In this document: one piece after another, positions 41,803 to 53,353 of the stretch
How the letters are laid out: every line of letters starts with the position of its first letter
How positions within the stretch are numbered: the first letter of the stretch is position 1
Source of the DNA: Thiomicrorhabdus sp.
GTDB taxonomy: Bacteria > Pseudomonadota > Gammaproteobacteria > Thiomicrospirales > Thiomicrospiraceae
Assembly (NCBI GenBank): GCA_021648625.1
Contig: JAKISK010000001.1
Location: 1 to 58,264, forward strand
Length of the DNA stretch: 58,264 nt
Reading direction: 5' to 3'
Notes under the pieces: generated by a model
Told to the model about the DNA's origin: nothing
Databases searched by the model: none
Seen by the model: only the letters and a program-made list of their open reading frames with translations
Program-made: the position numbers and the translations under genes

Positions 41803-42882
41803 TTATCGTCGATGGCCATACACACGAGGTTGTGTGTATTGATCAATCAGTGGTACGGCAATGTTCATTAATAAAACCGCAAAGGCGATGCCATCGGGAA
41901 AGGTGCCCCACGTACGAATCACGTAAACCAATACGCCAATGCCTGCGGCAAAAATCAAGCGCCCTTTGGGTGTGGTGCAAGAGGTGACAGGATCGGTAAT
42001 AATAAAAAAGGCCGCCAGCATGGTGCCACCGGAGAGCAACATAAAGTCCACGGGTGGGTAGGTGTCTGGATCGTAGGTGTGAAAAATAAAGGCCATCAGT
42101 GCTAAGCTGCTTAAAAAGCCAATGGGGTATTGCCAGCGAATGCTTCGGGTATACAGTAACCATAAACCACCGATTAAAAAGGCGACATTAATCCACTCCC
42201 AACTGTTTAAATCGACCAGTTGGTGAATAACATGAAAAGGGGAGTCGGCATTAATATTGGGGGCTTCAACGGTTTGCACTAAGGTATGTGCCAAGCTTTC
42301 GATCACCCCCACACCTTGGGTTAAGTCCGTTTGCAGTTTGCCTAAAGGGGTGGCACTGGTAATCATGTCGAGTGATATGCCCTCAATTTTCCCCGTAAAA
42401 ATGAGCGAAAAAGCATCACTAAAGGTAATGTAATAATTGGCGACTTCGGCGGGCAGGTTCCATTGCGTCATCTGCACGGGAAACGAAATTAATAAAAACG
42501 CATAGCCCAACATGGCGGGATTAAACGGGTTGTAGCCTAATCCTCCGTAGAGGTGTTTGCCAAAAATAAGAGCAAACGCCGTACCCGTAACAATAATCCA
42601 CCAAGGCGCACCGGGTGGCACACAAAAGACCAGAGCGGTGATGGTGATGAGGGCACTCATGTCGGTTAAAAAGGGTTTAATAGGGCGGTTTCTGAGCGTT
42701 AGCATACTGTACTCAACCACCAACAGCGTGGTAAGCGCCAGTAACCACTGAACCACAATACCAAAGCCAAATAGGTAGAGGTGTACTAACAACGCAGGAA
42801 TCACCGCCAACTGCACCTTAAACATTAAAGCGCGTACCGATTGATTGCTGTGCACAAAGGGGGAGGAGCTGGGTAACTTCAT
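41803..42882 (-). CDS. rnfD: Rnf complex subunit D
   Basis: GGLGYNPFNPA, SATPL, FFIITDP. Confidence 0.95.
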   Translation of the reverse strand: MKLPSSSPFVHSNQSVRALMFKVQLAVIPALLVHLYLFGFGIVVQWLLALTTLLVVEYSMLTLRNRPIKPFLTDMSALITITALVFCVPPGAPWWIIVTGTAFALIFGKHLYGGLGYNPFNPAMLGYAFLLISFPVQMTQWNLPAEVANYYITFSDAFSLIFTGKIEGISLDMITSATPLGKLQTDLTQGVGVIESLAHTLVQTVEAPNINADSPFHVIHQLVDLNSWEWINVAFLIGGLWLLYTRSIRWQYPIGFLSSLALMAFIFHTYDPDTYPPVDFMLLSGGTMLAAFFIITDPVTSCTTPKGRLIFAAGIGVLVYVIRTWGTFPDGIAFAVLLMNIAVPLIDQYTQPRVYGHRR

Positions 42883-44879
42883 TTAGGCGTCTCTTGTTGT
42901 GATTGACGCGCTTTGCGTTCAGCGGCGCGTTTTTTGGCGGCTTCCATCGCTTTTTGACGTTTGTTTTTGGCATCCTCTTTTGCGTTGTCGTTTGTAACAT
43001 CAACTTGATGGGATGACTCATTTGTTTGAATAATGGCATCCGTAGGAGTGGCTTCGGTGGTTTTTTTAGCCTCTGCACGGCGTTTGGCGGCTGCCATGGC
43101 GGCGGATTTTTTAGCCAATTTTTTGGCTGAATCTCTAGGATCTTTGGCCGTAGCCACCTTAGAGCCGACTTTTGCAGCCGCTTGTTTTTGAGCGGCTTCA
43201 ATCGCTTTTTGTCGTGCCGAAGGCGGTGTGGCGGCATTTGCATTGTTTGTTACGGAGGTGCTGCTTTTTTTATTGGCTGCGGCACGTTTTGCTGCTGCGG
43301 CTCGGGCGGCGGCGGCCGCCGCACTGGGTTTTTTAACGTCACTCGAATCGGAAGCAGGCTTCTGTTTTTTAACCGCCTCTTTTTTGGCTTTTAAACGCGC
43401 TTCTCGTTCCTGTTTTTCACGTTCAATGCGTGCCAGTCTAAACTCATAACGTTGTTTCGCCAGTTCAGCGGCTTGCTGTTCGGCGTGTTGGATTTTAATT
43501 TCTGATTTTGCATGACGATAATATTGCACCAGAGGAATGTGACTGGGGCAAACGTAACTGCAACAGCCACACTCAATGCAGTCAAACACATTCAGCTTTT
43601 CCACTTTCTCAAATTCATGGGCTTGAGCGTGCCAGTACAATTGTTGAGGCAAGAGATTGACTGGGCAGGCATCCATGCACTCACCACAGCGAATACATGG
43701 CATGGTAAACGCTTTGGGTTCGGGAGGATTGACCAATATGCAGTTGGTGGTTTTCATCACCGGCACATCATTGTGAGCGACCTCAAACCCCATCATGGGA
43801 CCTCCCATAATAAGGGGGTAGTGAATGGGCGCTTTAGGGCCTCCAGCATTGGCCAATGTGATAAAAGGGGTGCCTAATAGCGCGTAAGTATTGTAAGAAT
43901 CGGCCAACCCAAATCCCGCAACGGTTATCAGTCGTTGTGTCAATGGCTTGCCATGAATCACCGCATTAAAAATAGCATGAAATGTGGCAACATTAAAGAC
44001 CAGTACACCACTGTCAATGGCATGGGTTTTCACAGGGATTTCAATCCCTGTGAGTTCTAAAATGATCTGTTTTTCCCCCCCCATAGGGTAAACCGCTTCC
44101 AGTGTTTCAATGGAAAGGGATTGGTTTGTTACTTTACTGGCGGCTATTTTCATCGCCTGAATGGCGAGTGGTTTATTGGATTCAATGCCACAATAAATCT
44201 GTTTTACCCCCAAGGCTTCCGCTACGATAACGGCTCCTTGTATAATCTGTTCGGCTTGGGTTTGCATCAACACATCATCACAGGTAATAAAAGGTTCGCA
44301 TTCGGCACCGTTAATGATGAGGGTGTTAATTTGATGTTGCTGAGCGGGAATTTTAGCGAAGGTTGGAAAGCCTGCTCCCCCTAACCCCACAATGCCGGCA
44401 TGAAGTAAAATGTCTTTTAATTGTTGCGGGCTGGTTGGTGGTTGTCCAGAAACATTAAGGGCATTTTTAAGCTCACGATTCTGAGCGTCGGGCGTAATGA
44501 TAATTGCCTGAGTGGTTAAGCCAGAAGGGTGGGGGAACTCCGCTTGCGTAATGGCCTGAATGATGCCCGAAGTGGGGGCATGAATCGGAACAATCCAGCC
44601 TTTTTTATTATTTTTGGCGGCTTGAGCAAGGCATTGGTTTTTTTGCACCTCATCGCCTACCTTGACCAGCCACTCTACTTTTTGCCCAGCCATCAGTTTT
44701 AGTGGAAGCGTAAGGGTCTCAGGTATCACCGCCTCTTTGATTGGGTGCTGTAAGGACAAGGCCTTATGGTGTGCAGGGTAAACCCCCCCATGAAAGCGAT
44801 GAAGCCAGCGCCTTGCCATCGGGTAAATGGCCGCAACGCCTTGAACGACCGATTGAATGAAAGGAGAATGAGCACTCAT
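42879..44879 (-). CDS. rnfC: Rnf complex subunit C with Ala/Lys-rich tail
   Basis: [35 protein letters not shown]. Confidence 0.96.
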   Translation of the reverse strand: MSAHSPFIQSVVQGVAAIYPMARRWLHRFHGGVYPAHHKALSLQHPIKEAVIPETLTLPLKLMAGQKVEWLVKVGDEVQKNQCLAQAAKNNKKGWIVPIHAPTSGIIQAITQAEFPHPSGLTTQAIIITPDAQNRELKNALNVSGQPPTSPQQLKDILLHAGIVGLGGAGFPTFAKIPAQQHQINTLIINGAECEPFITCDDVLMQTQAEQIIQGAVIVAEALGVKQIYCGIESNKPLAIQAMKIAASKVTNQSLSIETLEAVYPMGGEKQIILELTGIEIPVKTHAIDSGVLVFNVATFHAIFNAVIHGKPLTQRLITVAGFGLADSYNTYALLGTPFITLANAGGPKAPIHYPLIMGGPMMGFEVAHNDVPVMKTTNCILVNPPEPKAFTMPCIRCGECMDACPVNLLPQQLYWHAQAHEFEKVEKLNVFDCIECGCCSYVCPSHIPLVQYYRHAKSEIKIQHAEQQAAELAKQRYEFRLARIEREKQEREARLKAKKEAVKKQKPASDSSDVKKPSAAAAAARAAAAKRAAANKKSSTSVTNNANAATPPSARQKAIEAAQKQAAAKVGSKVATAKDPRDSAKKLAKKSAAMAAAKRRAEAKKTTEATPTDAIIQTNESSHQVDVTNDNAKEDAKNKRQKAMEAAKKRAAERKARQSQQETPK

Positions 44880-45463
44880 TGTGTTTTTTCCGTCACTAAA
44901 TATTGCGAGGCAAGTGGGGTGGATTCCATGCTAGGCTTAGGTTCAGGCCATTGCCAGTTTTCCAGAGATACTTTTTCAGGGCGCATATCAATGCAGTCCA
45001 CGGGACATACGGGGGCGCATTTATCACAGCCGGTACATTCTGATTGAATGACGGTGTGCATCAGTTTTGTAGCGCCAATAATGGCATCAACAGGACAAGC
45101 TTTAATGCATAACACACACCCAATGCAGACATCCTCGTCAATAAAGGCGGTCTCTTTAGGCTTCTCTACGGCAACACTTTCATCCAGTGCCTTGGGTTCT
45201 AACCCGGTAATCTCTGCAATTAAGAGCATCACATCGTTGCCGCCTGGAATGCATAAATTGACCTCGGTTTCGCCTTTTGCTAAGGCTTCGGCGTAAGGTT
45301 TGCAGCCAGGAAAGGTGCATTGTCCACACTGGGTTTGCGGCAACACCTTATCAATTTGCTCTGTCATGGGATTGCCTTCCACCTTAAAGCGAATGGCCGC
45401 ATAGCCCAATAACAGGCCAAAGACGAGAGCCAAGCCCACAAAAATAATAATTGCGGTTAACAT
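44876..45463 (-). CDS. rnfB: Rnf complex subunit B
   Basis: [12 protein letters not shown], two 4Fe-4S ferredoxin motifs. Confidence 0.96.
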   Translation of the reverse strand: MLTAIIIFVGLALVFGLLLGYAAIRFKVEGNPMTEQIDKVLPQTQCGQCTFPGCKPYAEALAKGETEVNLCIPGGNDVMLLIAEITGLEPKALDESVAVEKPKETAFIDEDVCIGCVLCIKACPVDAIIGATKLMHTVIQSECTGCDKCAPVCPVDCIDMRPEKVSLENWQWPEPKPSMESTPLASQYLVTEKTQ

Positions 45464-46041
45464 TAATGCACCATTCCACCAAAGCCCATAAAGGCCATGG
45501 ACATTAGTCCAGCGGTAATCAACGCAATGGGTGCGCCTTTAAACGGTGCGGGCACATCAGAGGCATCAATGCGTTCGCGCAGTGAGGCAAACAGCACCAT
45601 CACTAAAGTAAAACCTACAGCGGCACCAAACCCAAAAAAGGCCGATTCAATGAAGTTATTATTTTCAGTGACGTTTAAGAGTGCAACGCCTAATACCGCA
45701 CAATTGGTGGTAATGAGAGGGAGGTAAATGCCCAATACTTGATACAGCACAGGGCTGGTTTTGTGAATCGCCATCTCTGTAAAGCCCACCACCGCGGCAA
45801 TGGCGATAATAAAGGCGATGGTTTGTAAATACTCCAACCCAAACGGTTGCAGTAAATAGGCATAAATAAGGTAACTTAACACCGAAGAGAGCGTTAGCAC
45901 AAACGTGGTCGCCAGCCCCATGCCTAATGCGGCATCGGTTTTTTTTGACACCCCCATAAAAGGGCACAGTCCTAAAAACTGAACCAATACAAAGTTATTG
46001 ACCAGTACGGTACCAATCAAAATTAAAATGTATTCTTGCAT
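45463..46041 (-). CDS. rnfA: Rnf complex subunit A
   Basis: [28 protein letters not shown]. Confidence 0.96.
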   Translation of the reverse strand: MQEYILILIGTVLVNNFVLVQFLGLCPFMGVSKKTDAALGMGLATTFVLTLSSVLSYLIYAYLLQPFGLEYLQTIAFIIAIAAVVGFTEMAIHKTSPVLYQVLGIYLPLITTNCAVLGVALLNVTENNNFIESAFFGFGAAVGFTLVMVLFASLRERIDASDVPAPFKGAPIALITAGLMSMAFMGFGGMVH

Positions 46042-46063
46042 ATAAAGGGAGCCTTATAAAAAC

Positions 46064-48148
46064 CTATTTAACTCGCATACCAGGGGTTGCCCCGTCGGTT
46101 GGTGATAATATATAGAGATCACTGCCACCGGGCCCCGCTGCTAATACCATGCCTTCGGATAGACCAAAGCGCATTTTACGTGGGGCAAGATTGGCAACCA
46201 TGACGGTTAATTTTCCAATCAGTTCTTCGGGTTCATAGGCCGACTTAATGCCCGCGAAGACTTGACGCTGTTCGTTACCAATGTCTAAGGTAAGTTTGAG
46301 CAGTTTTTTAGCATCAGGCACGGCTTCGGCATGAATGATTTTGGCAATGCGGAGGTCAATCTTAGCAAACTCTTCAATGCTGATTTCATCGGCGATGGGT
46401 TCAAAAGCGGGGGATGGTTGTTTTGATGTTGCCTTTTTGTCGTTGCGCTCTTTTTTACCATCGGGAGCGGCCTTACCGTTGTTCATTGTACTGGCAGACG
46501 CATCAACCATTTTTTGAATGCCTTCCATTTCGAGTCGAGTTAAAAGGGGTTTAAACTTAGTAATTTCATGATCTAACAACGGTTTTTTAATGTCATTCCA
46601 CGCGATATTTTCAAGCTTTAAAAAGGCATTGGCCTTGTCTGCGGTGACTGGAAGAACGGGGGTTAAGTAACTGATTAACACGCGGAATAAGTTGATTCCC
46701 ACACTCACGGATTCATGGAGTTCCGCCTCTTTACCTTCTTGTTTTGCGAGCACCCACGGTGCAGTTTCGGCAATGTATTCATTGGCTTTATCGGCTAATG
46801 CCATAATGTCACGCATTGCATGACCGTAGTCTCGGCTTTCATACAGTGCGGCGATCTCTTCCGATTTATCTGCAAAGCTTTGGTATAACGCCGTTGCCTC
46901 AGGAGACCATTGACCACTCAGTTTGCCATCAAATTTTTTGACCACAAAACCGGCACAACGACTGGCGATGTTAATCACTTTACCCACCAAATCGGAGTTA
47001 ACACGCTGCGCAAAGTCTTCAAGGTTTAAATCAATGTCATCAATACGACTGGTTAACTTGGCCGCATAGTAATAACGTAAATATTCAGGGTTTAGGTGCT
47101 CTAAATAGGTTTTAGCCATAATAAACGTGCCACGGGATTTGGACATTTTTTGTCCGTCTACCGTTAAAAACCCGTGGGCAAAAATGCCCGTGGGTTTTCT
47201 AAAGCCTGCTCCAGTGAGCATCGCTGGCCAAAAAAGCGCATGAAAGTTAATGATGTCTTTACCAATAAAGTGATACAACTCGGTGGTGGCATCTTCTTTC
47301 CAATACTCATCAAAATTAAGCCCCGATTGATCGCAATATGTTTTAAAGCTCGACATATAGCCAATGGGAGCATCCAGCCAAACGTAGAAAAACTTATCTT
47401 TTTCGCCCGGAATTTCAAACCCAAAGTAGGGGGCATCACGCGAAATATCCCAACCGCGTAATCCACTGTTAAGCCACTCATCCAGTTTGTTGGCAATTTG
47501 TGTTTGCAAATGCCCCTCACGTGTCCATGTTTTGAGCATCTCTTCAAATTGATTCAGCTCAAAAAACAGGTGATCGGTCTCTTTTTCAATGGGGGTCGCA
47601 CCCGAGACGGCAGAGGTTGGGTTAATTAAATCGGTCGGGCTGTACGTAGCACCACAGGCTTCGCAGTTATCACCATACTGATCGTCCGTTTTGCATTTTG
47701 GACAAGTGCCTTTGACAAAGCGATCGGGCAAAAACATCTCTTTTTCAGGGTCATAATATTGAGAGATGGTTTTGCGTGAAATATAACCTTTCTCTTTTAA
47801 GGTAAGGTAAATTTGCTCTGCAAACGCTTTGTTTTCAGCGGAGTTGGTGCTGTCATAGTGGTCAAATTGCACATTAAACCCTGCAAAATCCGCTTGGTGC
47901 TCTTCAGACGACTTGGCTATTAACGCTTCAGGGGTGATACCTTCGGCTTGCGCTCGTAACATAATGGGCGTGCCGTGTGCATCGTCTGCACACACATAAG
48001 TACACGTATGACCGCGCATCTTTTGAAAACGTGCCCAGATATCCGTTTGAATGTATTCCACTAGATGACCAAGGTGAATGGGGCCATTGGCATAAGGTAA
48101 GGCGCTGGTAATCAGGATTTTTCTGGGCGTGTTGGCGGTGTTTGGCAT
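46064..48148 (-). CDS. metG: Methionyl-tRNA synthetase
   Basis: HLGH, KMSKS, Zn knuckle, C-terminal tRNA-binding domain. Confidence 0.98.
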   Translation of the reverse strand: MPNTANTPRKILITSALPYANGPIHLGHLVEYIQTDIWARFQKMRGHTCTYVCADDAHGTPIMLRAQAEGITPEALIAKSSEEHQADFAGFNVQFDHYDSTNSAENKAFAEQIYLTLKEKGYISRKTISQYYDPEKEMFLPDRFVKGTCPKCKTDDQYGDNCEACGATYSPTDLINPTSAVSGATPIEKETDHLFFELNQFEEMLKTWTREGHLQTQIANKLDEWLNSGLRGWDISRDAPYFGFEIPGEKDKFFYVWLDAPIGYMSSFKTYCDQSGLNFDEYWKEDATTELYHFIGKDIINFHALFWPAMLTGAGFRKPTGIFAHGFLTVDGQKMSKSRGTFIMAKTYLEHLNPEYLRYYYAAKLTSRIDDIDLNLEDFAQRVNSDLVGKVINIASRCAGFVVKKFDGKLSGQWSPEATALYQSFADKSEEIAALYESRDYGHAMRDIMALADKANEYIAETAPWVLAKQEGKEAELHESVSVGINLFRVLISYLTPVLPVTADKANAFLKLENIAWNDIKKPLLDHEITKFKPLLTRLEMEGIQKMVDASASTMNNGKAAPDGKKERNDKKATSKQPSPAFEPIADEISIEEFAKIDLRIAKIIHAEAVPDAKKLLKLTLDIGNEQRQVFAGIKSAYEPEELIGKLTVMVANLAPRKMRFGLSEGMVLAAGPGGSDLYILSPTDGATPGMRVK

Positions 48149-48329
48149 GTTAACGTTTCTTCCACTTGGTCTAAAAAGATAACCGAATATTATAGCGATA
48201 TTACACCGTTTGTTTTAAGCTTTATTGGATTAAAAGTGAACGTGCGTAGTTTATCGCTTGTGGTCGTTAAGATACTATTTTATGATAGCTCTCTAGGATT
48301 GAAAAACGGGTTAAAAGAGGCACGCTCTA

Positions 48330-48644
48330 ATGGGTATAAAAACAAAGGTTGATGAAGAAGGGGTTACCATTTCCGTTATCGGCAGCTTTGACGTAAGTGC
48401 TTACGAAGAGTTTAAAGAAAATTGCCAAAAATATTTAACCGATTCAAACCAGTTTGTTATTGATTTAGAACAGGCCACCTACATGGACAGTTCTGCGTTA
48501 GGCATGTTGTTATTGCTCAGAGAGAAAACCCGAGGTGATAAATCACGCGTTCGTTTGATTAATGTAGGAGAGAATGTACTGAATATTTTAGAGATTGCCC
48601 AGTTTAATCAATTGTTTGTAATTGAATCTAAGAAAACCGCTTAA
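48330..48644 (+). CDS. STAS-domain anti-sigma factor antagonist
   Basis: IDL...YMDSSALGMLL with the phosphorylatable Ser. Confidence 0.9.
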   Translation: MGIKTKVDEEGVTISVIGSFDVSAYEEFKENCQKYLTDSNQFVIDLEQATYMDSSALGMLLLLREKTRGDKSRVRLINVGENVLNILEIAQFNQLFVIESKKTA

Positions 48645-48678
48645 CCTAAAGAGACCTTGGTACGAAAAGCCTCCTAAA

Positions 48679-48711
48679 AACCGTCTAAAACCCCCATCTT
48701 TTTAGACGGTT
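48679..48711. terminator. Hairpin between convergent STAS and apbC genes
   Basis: AACCGTCTAAAA...TTTTAGACGGTT 12-bp stem. Confidence 0.6.
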
Positions 48712-48741
48712 CTAAAATTTATCCCCCCCTCCAGCCTAAAC

Positions 48742-49881
48742 TTAACTGCTTAACACTTCGATTTTTGGAAATACATTCGCATAGTTGCGTTTTTGAGTGC
48801 CTATTTTATAGCTAATTTGATGCGCCATATTGCGATATTTCTGGGCAACGTCACTGTTGGGTTCTGCGGTGACGGTTGGTTTTCCTTGATCGGCATCTTC
48901 TCGAATGCGTTTATCCAAAGGCAGGCTGCCTAAAAAATCCACCGAATATTGACGCGCCATCTCCTGCCCACCATTGGCGCCAAAAATGGCCTCTTCATGC
49001 TGACATTGACTGCAAATATGGGTGGCCATGTTCTCAATGATACCCAGTACCGGAATCTCAACTTTTTCAAACATTTTTAAACCTTTCTTCGCATCAATGA
49101 GTGAGACGGGTTGGGGTGTGGTCACGATGACAGCACCGGTCACAGGAATTTGTTGTGATAAGGTCAATTGCACATCACCCGTGCCTGGTGGCAAGTCAAT
49201 AATAAGATAGTCCAAATCTTCCCACTGTGTCTCTTTCAGCAGTTGCGTTAAGGTTTGGGTGACGATCGGGCCACGCCAAATCATTGGTGAATCTTCTTCA
49301 ATTAACACGCCAATCGACATCACTTGCAAACCATACGCCGAAAGCGGTTGCATACTTTTACCGTCTTTTGAAGTGGGCTTTTCGGTTAGATTTAACATGG
49401 TTGGAATGCTTGGACCATAAATGTCGGCGTCTAAAATACCTACCTTTGCGCCTTCTTGTTGTAGTGCCAATGCAAGGTTAACCGTGGTGGTAGACTTTCC
49501 AACGCCGCCTTTTCCAGAGGCGATGGCAATGATGTTTTTTATCTCAGGGAGAGGGGACACATTTTTTTGAGCATCATGCGCTACAATCACCGTTTTAAAC
49601 GTAATGGAAACCGTTTGAATCTCTTCAAGTTGCGTCAGTTCATGGCTCAGAGCTTGTTCAATGCTGGGCCACAAACTCTTACACGGGTAGGGAAGCGACA
49701 GCGTAAAGCTTAAGGAGTCTTTTTTAAGGGTTAACTCGGAGAGTGATTTAGCGGATAAAAAACGTTTCTCAGCGTTTACCGCCTCTTCCAGTGGGTTTTG
49801 ATACTCGGTAATGATCTGTTCAATTTTTTGCTGTAATTCAGCCGTCAGTTTATTACCAAAAAGGGCACTAAAAATTCCCAT
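48742..49881 (-). CDS. apbC: Fe-S cluster carrier ApbC/Mrp
   Basis: SGKGGVGKST, DADIYGPS, DLPPGTGD, ENM..CxxC. Confidence 0.95.
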   Translation of the reverse strand: MGIFSALFGNKLTAELQQKIEQIITEYQNPLEEAVNAEKRFLSAKSLSELTLKKDSLSFTLSLPYPCKSLWPSIEQALSHELTQLEEIQTVSITFKTVIVAHDAQKNVSPLPEIKNIIAIASGKGGVGKSTTTVNLALALQQEGAKVGILDADIYGPSIPTMLNLTEKPTSKDGKSMQPLSAYGLQVMSIGVLIEEDSPMIWRGPIVTQTLTQLLKETQWEDLDYLIIDLPPGTGDVQLTLSQQIPVTGAVIVTTPQPVSLIDAKKGLKMFEKVEIPVLGIIENMATHICSQCQHEEAIFGANGGQEMARQYSVDFLGSLPLDKRIREDADQGKPTVTAEPNSDVAQKYRNMAHQISYKIGTQKRNYANVFPKIEVLSS

Positions 49882-49974
49882 ATATAAATCCTTTTCATTT
49901 TTTTAGATGGAAGTGATTCTATCAGTATTTTGGTGTTTATTGGCTTTTTTTGGTCATAATGACGGTGGCTAACA

Positions 49975-50346
49975 TCACGGGTTTTCCCCTGTTTTCATGG
50001 TGATAGGGCTACTATCATCGGAATCAGTAAAGTCAGAATCGATTCCCCGTTTCATTTCCACAATGTCTTGAACGACCATCTGTTTAAGGGTTCCCACAAA
50101 ATAGCGAATGTTGGCGTCGTACTTGTGGTGAATGCTTAAGATGACTTGATGACCAATGCTGTCGGTGGGGTTGATTTTTGTGTTGCGACTGGCGACTTGG
50201 ATGTTGCCTTGGTAGGGCGTGGAGAGGGTTTCAGTAAACTCAAACGCCAGCACACGAAGGCTCCCAGAGGGTTGCCCGCCTAATTCGAGCATAAACCCCC
50301 AGTCGTAGGGTTGGTCTTGCTGGATTAGATGAGTGACTGCTTTCAT
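49975..50346 (-). pseudogene. vgrG: VgrG N-terminal fragment fused to a scrap of the ankyrin gene
   Basis: LRVLAFEFTETLSTPY...VQDIV, ~165 bp nearly identical to 55830-55995; tail DSDFTDSDDSSPI matches DPDFTDSDEGSPI of the ankyrin gene at 50966-51913. Confidence 0.85.
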
Positions 50347-50421
50347 GGGATGGCCTTTCTGTCGTGCGGTTGTTTATGTTAACGCGCGTTACGTTCGTTA
50401 CGTTTTAGAGCGTGTAGTGGG

Positions 50422-50988
50422 TTAAGGATGACGAATTAAAAAAACCACACGACGATTCTCTTGTCGTCCGCTTGCGTGGGTGTTGTCTGCAATGGGGCGC
50501 TCTTCGCCATAACCAAACGTTTGAATACGTTCTTGAGTAATGCCGTTTTGAACCAAGTAGGCCGCCACACTGTCAGCGCGTTTTTGAGAGAGCGATTGAT
50601 TGAGTGCTTTGCTTCCGATGGAATCGGTATGGCCTTCAATGTGTACGGTGGTGTTTGGGTATTGATTTAAAATGTTTAACACGGGGGTTAAACCTTCACG
50701 TTTTTTGGGGTTTAACTTAGCAGAGCCAAAGCGAAAACTGCCGTCTTTGAGGGTGACTTCAATGATCGGTTGGTCGTCAAGGTGAATCAGCGTTGATTGG
50801 GTTGAGGTTGAGGCGGTTTGGATAGGGGGGGGGGATGATTTTTGAAATGGATGTTGTAAATATCCCCCCTTGTTGGAAGTGAGGGATTTATAAGGTTTAT
50901 TTGAATGGAGGGTGAATATTTTTTTAAATGATATAAAATTTATTCTCAAAAAAATGATGCATACGTTAGGAATTATTATTTGCCTCAC
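50422..50988 (-). pseudogene. OmpA-like peptidoglycan-binding domain, probably 5'-truncated
   Basis: IEGHTDSIG...NQSLSQKRA, GYGEERP, NRRV; sequence upstream of the G10 tract at 50825-50834 looks non-coding. Confidence 0.75.
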
Positions 50989-51913
50989 GAATTTTTTTGA
51001 CTCTCTCTATCTCTCGTTTTTCAAATTCTTTTACTTCTTTAAGTTCTTGCAGTAAACGTTTTTTTTTGGTTGGATCGGTTTCGGTATCTATCGCTTTATC
51101 CAATTCTTTGAGTCGTGCCTTAATGTCGTATTTATTCGGCTTACCTTCTTGCCAACGAACTTCTCGCGGAGAGGGAGGGGGGAATTCTACACCACGATCA
51201 ATCAATTGTTGTTTGACTTTGATAGCCCAGCCGTAGGCGGGGAATTCGGGGCTGAGTAGGTTTTTAGAAAGACCTTCATGAACAAGCCATGCAAGATCCG
51301 CTCGTCCTCCCTTACTTCGAATAGTATAATCGGAACCCCGTTCAATTAAATAATACACCATTTCAAATCGATTGATCATCGCTCCATGCAATGTACTGTT
51401 AAGACCAGAACGATCCATTAAATTAATGTTTGCACCAAAACGAATCAGCATTTTAATTTGGTCAAGGCGTTCTCCGGCCACAGCCGCAAACATAGCGGGA
51501 TGCCCATCACGATCTATTGTATTGGGATTTCCTCCCCCCTCAAGCAAAATTAGCAACAATTCAGAGTCTTTCGCACCTGTTACAAGAATAATAGGGCTAC
51601 CTTCATCGGAATCAGTAAAATCAGGATCAGCCCCCAGTTTTATAGCTAGGCGCATCGCGGCTTTATCTTTGTTTATGATGAACCAAAACAGTGGGGTAAT
51701 GCCTTCGTTGCCGTGTACGTTTAAAGACAGGCCTTTATCAATCAGGCTACGGGCTTTAAGTTCATCGTTTTTCTCGATGGCTGTAATGAGTTCGATCATC
51801 TCGGGTTCAAAAAAATTGGAGAGTTTCATGGTGTTTCCTGTGAGTTCGCAACCCGACAACACCGCAAGCAATAAGCCAGTGGTGAGGGCGATGGTTTTTT
51901 TTAAATTAAACAT
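50966..51913 (-). CDS. Ankyrin-repeat lipoprotein, putative T6SS immunity protein
   Basis: Lipobox LSGC; GITPLFW, LGADPD, GGNPN, GANIN repeats. Confidence 0.85.
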   Translation of the reverse strand: MFNLKKTIALTTGLLLAVLSGCELTGNTMKLSNFFEPEMIELITAIEKNDELKARSLIDKGLSLNVHGNEGITPLFWFIINKDKAAMRLAIKLGADPDFTDSDEGSPIILVTGAKDSELLLILLEGGGNPNTIDRDGHPAMFAAVAGERLDQIKMLIRFGANINLMDRSGLNSTLHGAMINRFEMVYYLIERGSDYTIRSKGGRADLAWLVHEGLSKNLLSPEFPAYGWAIKVKQQLIDRGVEFPPPSPREVRWQEGKPNKYDIKARLKELDKAIDTETDPTKKKRLLQELKEVKEFEKREIERVKKIREANNNS

Positions 51914-51934
51914 AGAAACACGCATGAGGTTTTA

Positions 51935-52836
51935 TCATTGTTTTGGTATTAATTTTTTAACGGCTTCCAACTCTTTTTGCAAGGCTTCTCTCTTATTTTG
52001 ATCCGATGTGTTTTCTATTTCTTCTTTTAGATCTTTTTTGCGTATATCAATGTCAATACTGTCTGGGTTTCCCTTACTCCAGCGAACATCGAATGGAGAG
52101 GGGGGGGGAATTTTACGCCACGATCAAGTAATTGTTGTTTTACTTTTAATGCCCAATCGTAGGCATCGGATTCGGGGTTAATGAGGCCTTTCGAAAAGCC
52201 ATTATGTATATTCCACGCAATATCTGCACGAGTTGAACTACGTTTATCAAAGTCCGCCCCCTTTTCTATCAGGTAATGCGCCATTTTAAATTGATTCATA
52301 TGAGCTGCATACAGGGCACTATTTTTATTCGATTTATCCGTTAAATTAATATCCCCTCCAAATTTAATCAACATATCCAGTTGCTCTTTTCGGTTATTTA
52401 CAACGGTGGGAAACATCACGGGTTCACCATCACTGTCTATCGTATTAGGGTTTGCACCACCTTCTAGCAGAATCAATATCATTTCGTCATCATTGTCTTC
52501 CACTACTATGGAAAGAGGCGTATCTCCATCAGGGTCGGCAAAATCGGGGTCGGCTCCCAGTTTCATTGCCAAGCGCATGGCGGCTTTATCTTTGTTTATG
52601 ATGAACCAAAACAGTGGGGTAATGCCTTCGTTGCCGTGTACGTTTAAAGACAGGCCTTGATCAATTAGGCTACGCGCTTTAAGTTCATCGCCTTTTTGGA
52701 TGGCGCTAATGAGTTCGATCATATTGGGTTCAAAAAAATCTGAGAGTTTCATGGTGTTTCCTGTGAGTTCGCAACTGCTGAGTAAACTGAGTAATAGGGT
52801 AAGGCCAAGGGTTCGTATTTTTTTAAATGTAAACAT
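51935..52836 (-). pseudogene. Paralogous ankyrin-repeat lipoprotein frameshifted in a C9 tract
   Basis: Lipobox LSSC; adding one base to the tract at 52100-52108 restores PPPSPFDVRWSKGNPDSIDI...KKLIPKQ*, which aligns with the paralogue tail. Confidence 0.8.
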
Positions 52837-52864
52837 GTGACGGTTTCCTTCGTTTTTTTATTTT

Positions 52865-53236
52865 TCATGGGCGATTCTCTTGTTTATTTTTTCTTTTATT
52901 CATCTTGTCTCTAGCCATTTTGTTTCTTCCCATCGGGCGGCTTTTGTTGGGTTCGGTTAGGGGTTTTTCTGAGTATGGGGTATTTATGTCTTCGTTCTCT
53001 TGCGCTTTGAGCAATTGATCCATGTCTTGATGGCTTTGGGGGTTGCCTTCGCTGCAATAACGGGTTTTGTTAAGATCATCCTTGGGGTCAAGTTGTGTTT
53101 GCGTGCTGGGCGTGAGTGCGTTCACGGCATCGTGGGTGCGTCCTATAATGTTGGCTTTTGGATTGGTTTTAGATGGGGGGGGGAATTTGGATTGGATTTT
53201 TACCCCCCCCCTTTTTTTAGGAAGGCGATATTTCAC
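52865..53236 (-). pseudogene. Mosaic remnant: cassette repeat + vgrG scrap + probable effector C-terminus
   Basis: IIGRTHDAVN matches IMGRTHDAVN of both vgrG copies at DNA level; GNPQSHQDMDQLL resembles a lipase-effector tail (recall). Confidence 0.55.
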
Positions 53237-53250
53237 GATATTAAAAAGTG
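53179..53250 (-). repeat. ~70-bp cassette-head repeat, copy 1
   Basis: 33 bp at 53218-53250 identical to 56028-56060; GGGGGAATTTGGATTGGA also shared. Confidence 0.85.
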
Positions 53251-53353
53251 CTTTCTATCTGAATAATAATGCTTTTGAATGTTGTAAAACAGGCTTGACC
53301 CTTTTTTTTTCTTGATGTCGAAAAATGTTTTGTTATTTTAGTTTGTTGAGTTA

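Noticed and set aside
42890-43400. Ala/Lys-rich repetitive tail of RnfC
   Set aside because: Common feature of gammaproteobacterial RnfC/RsxC
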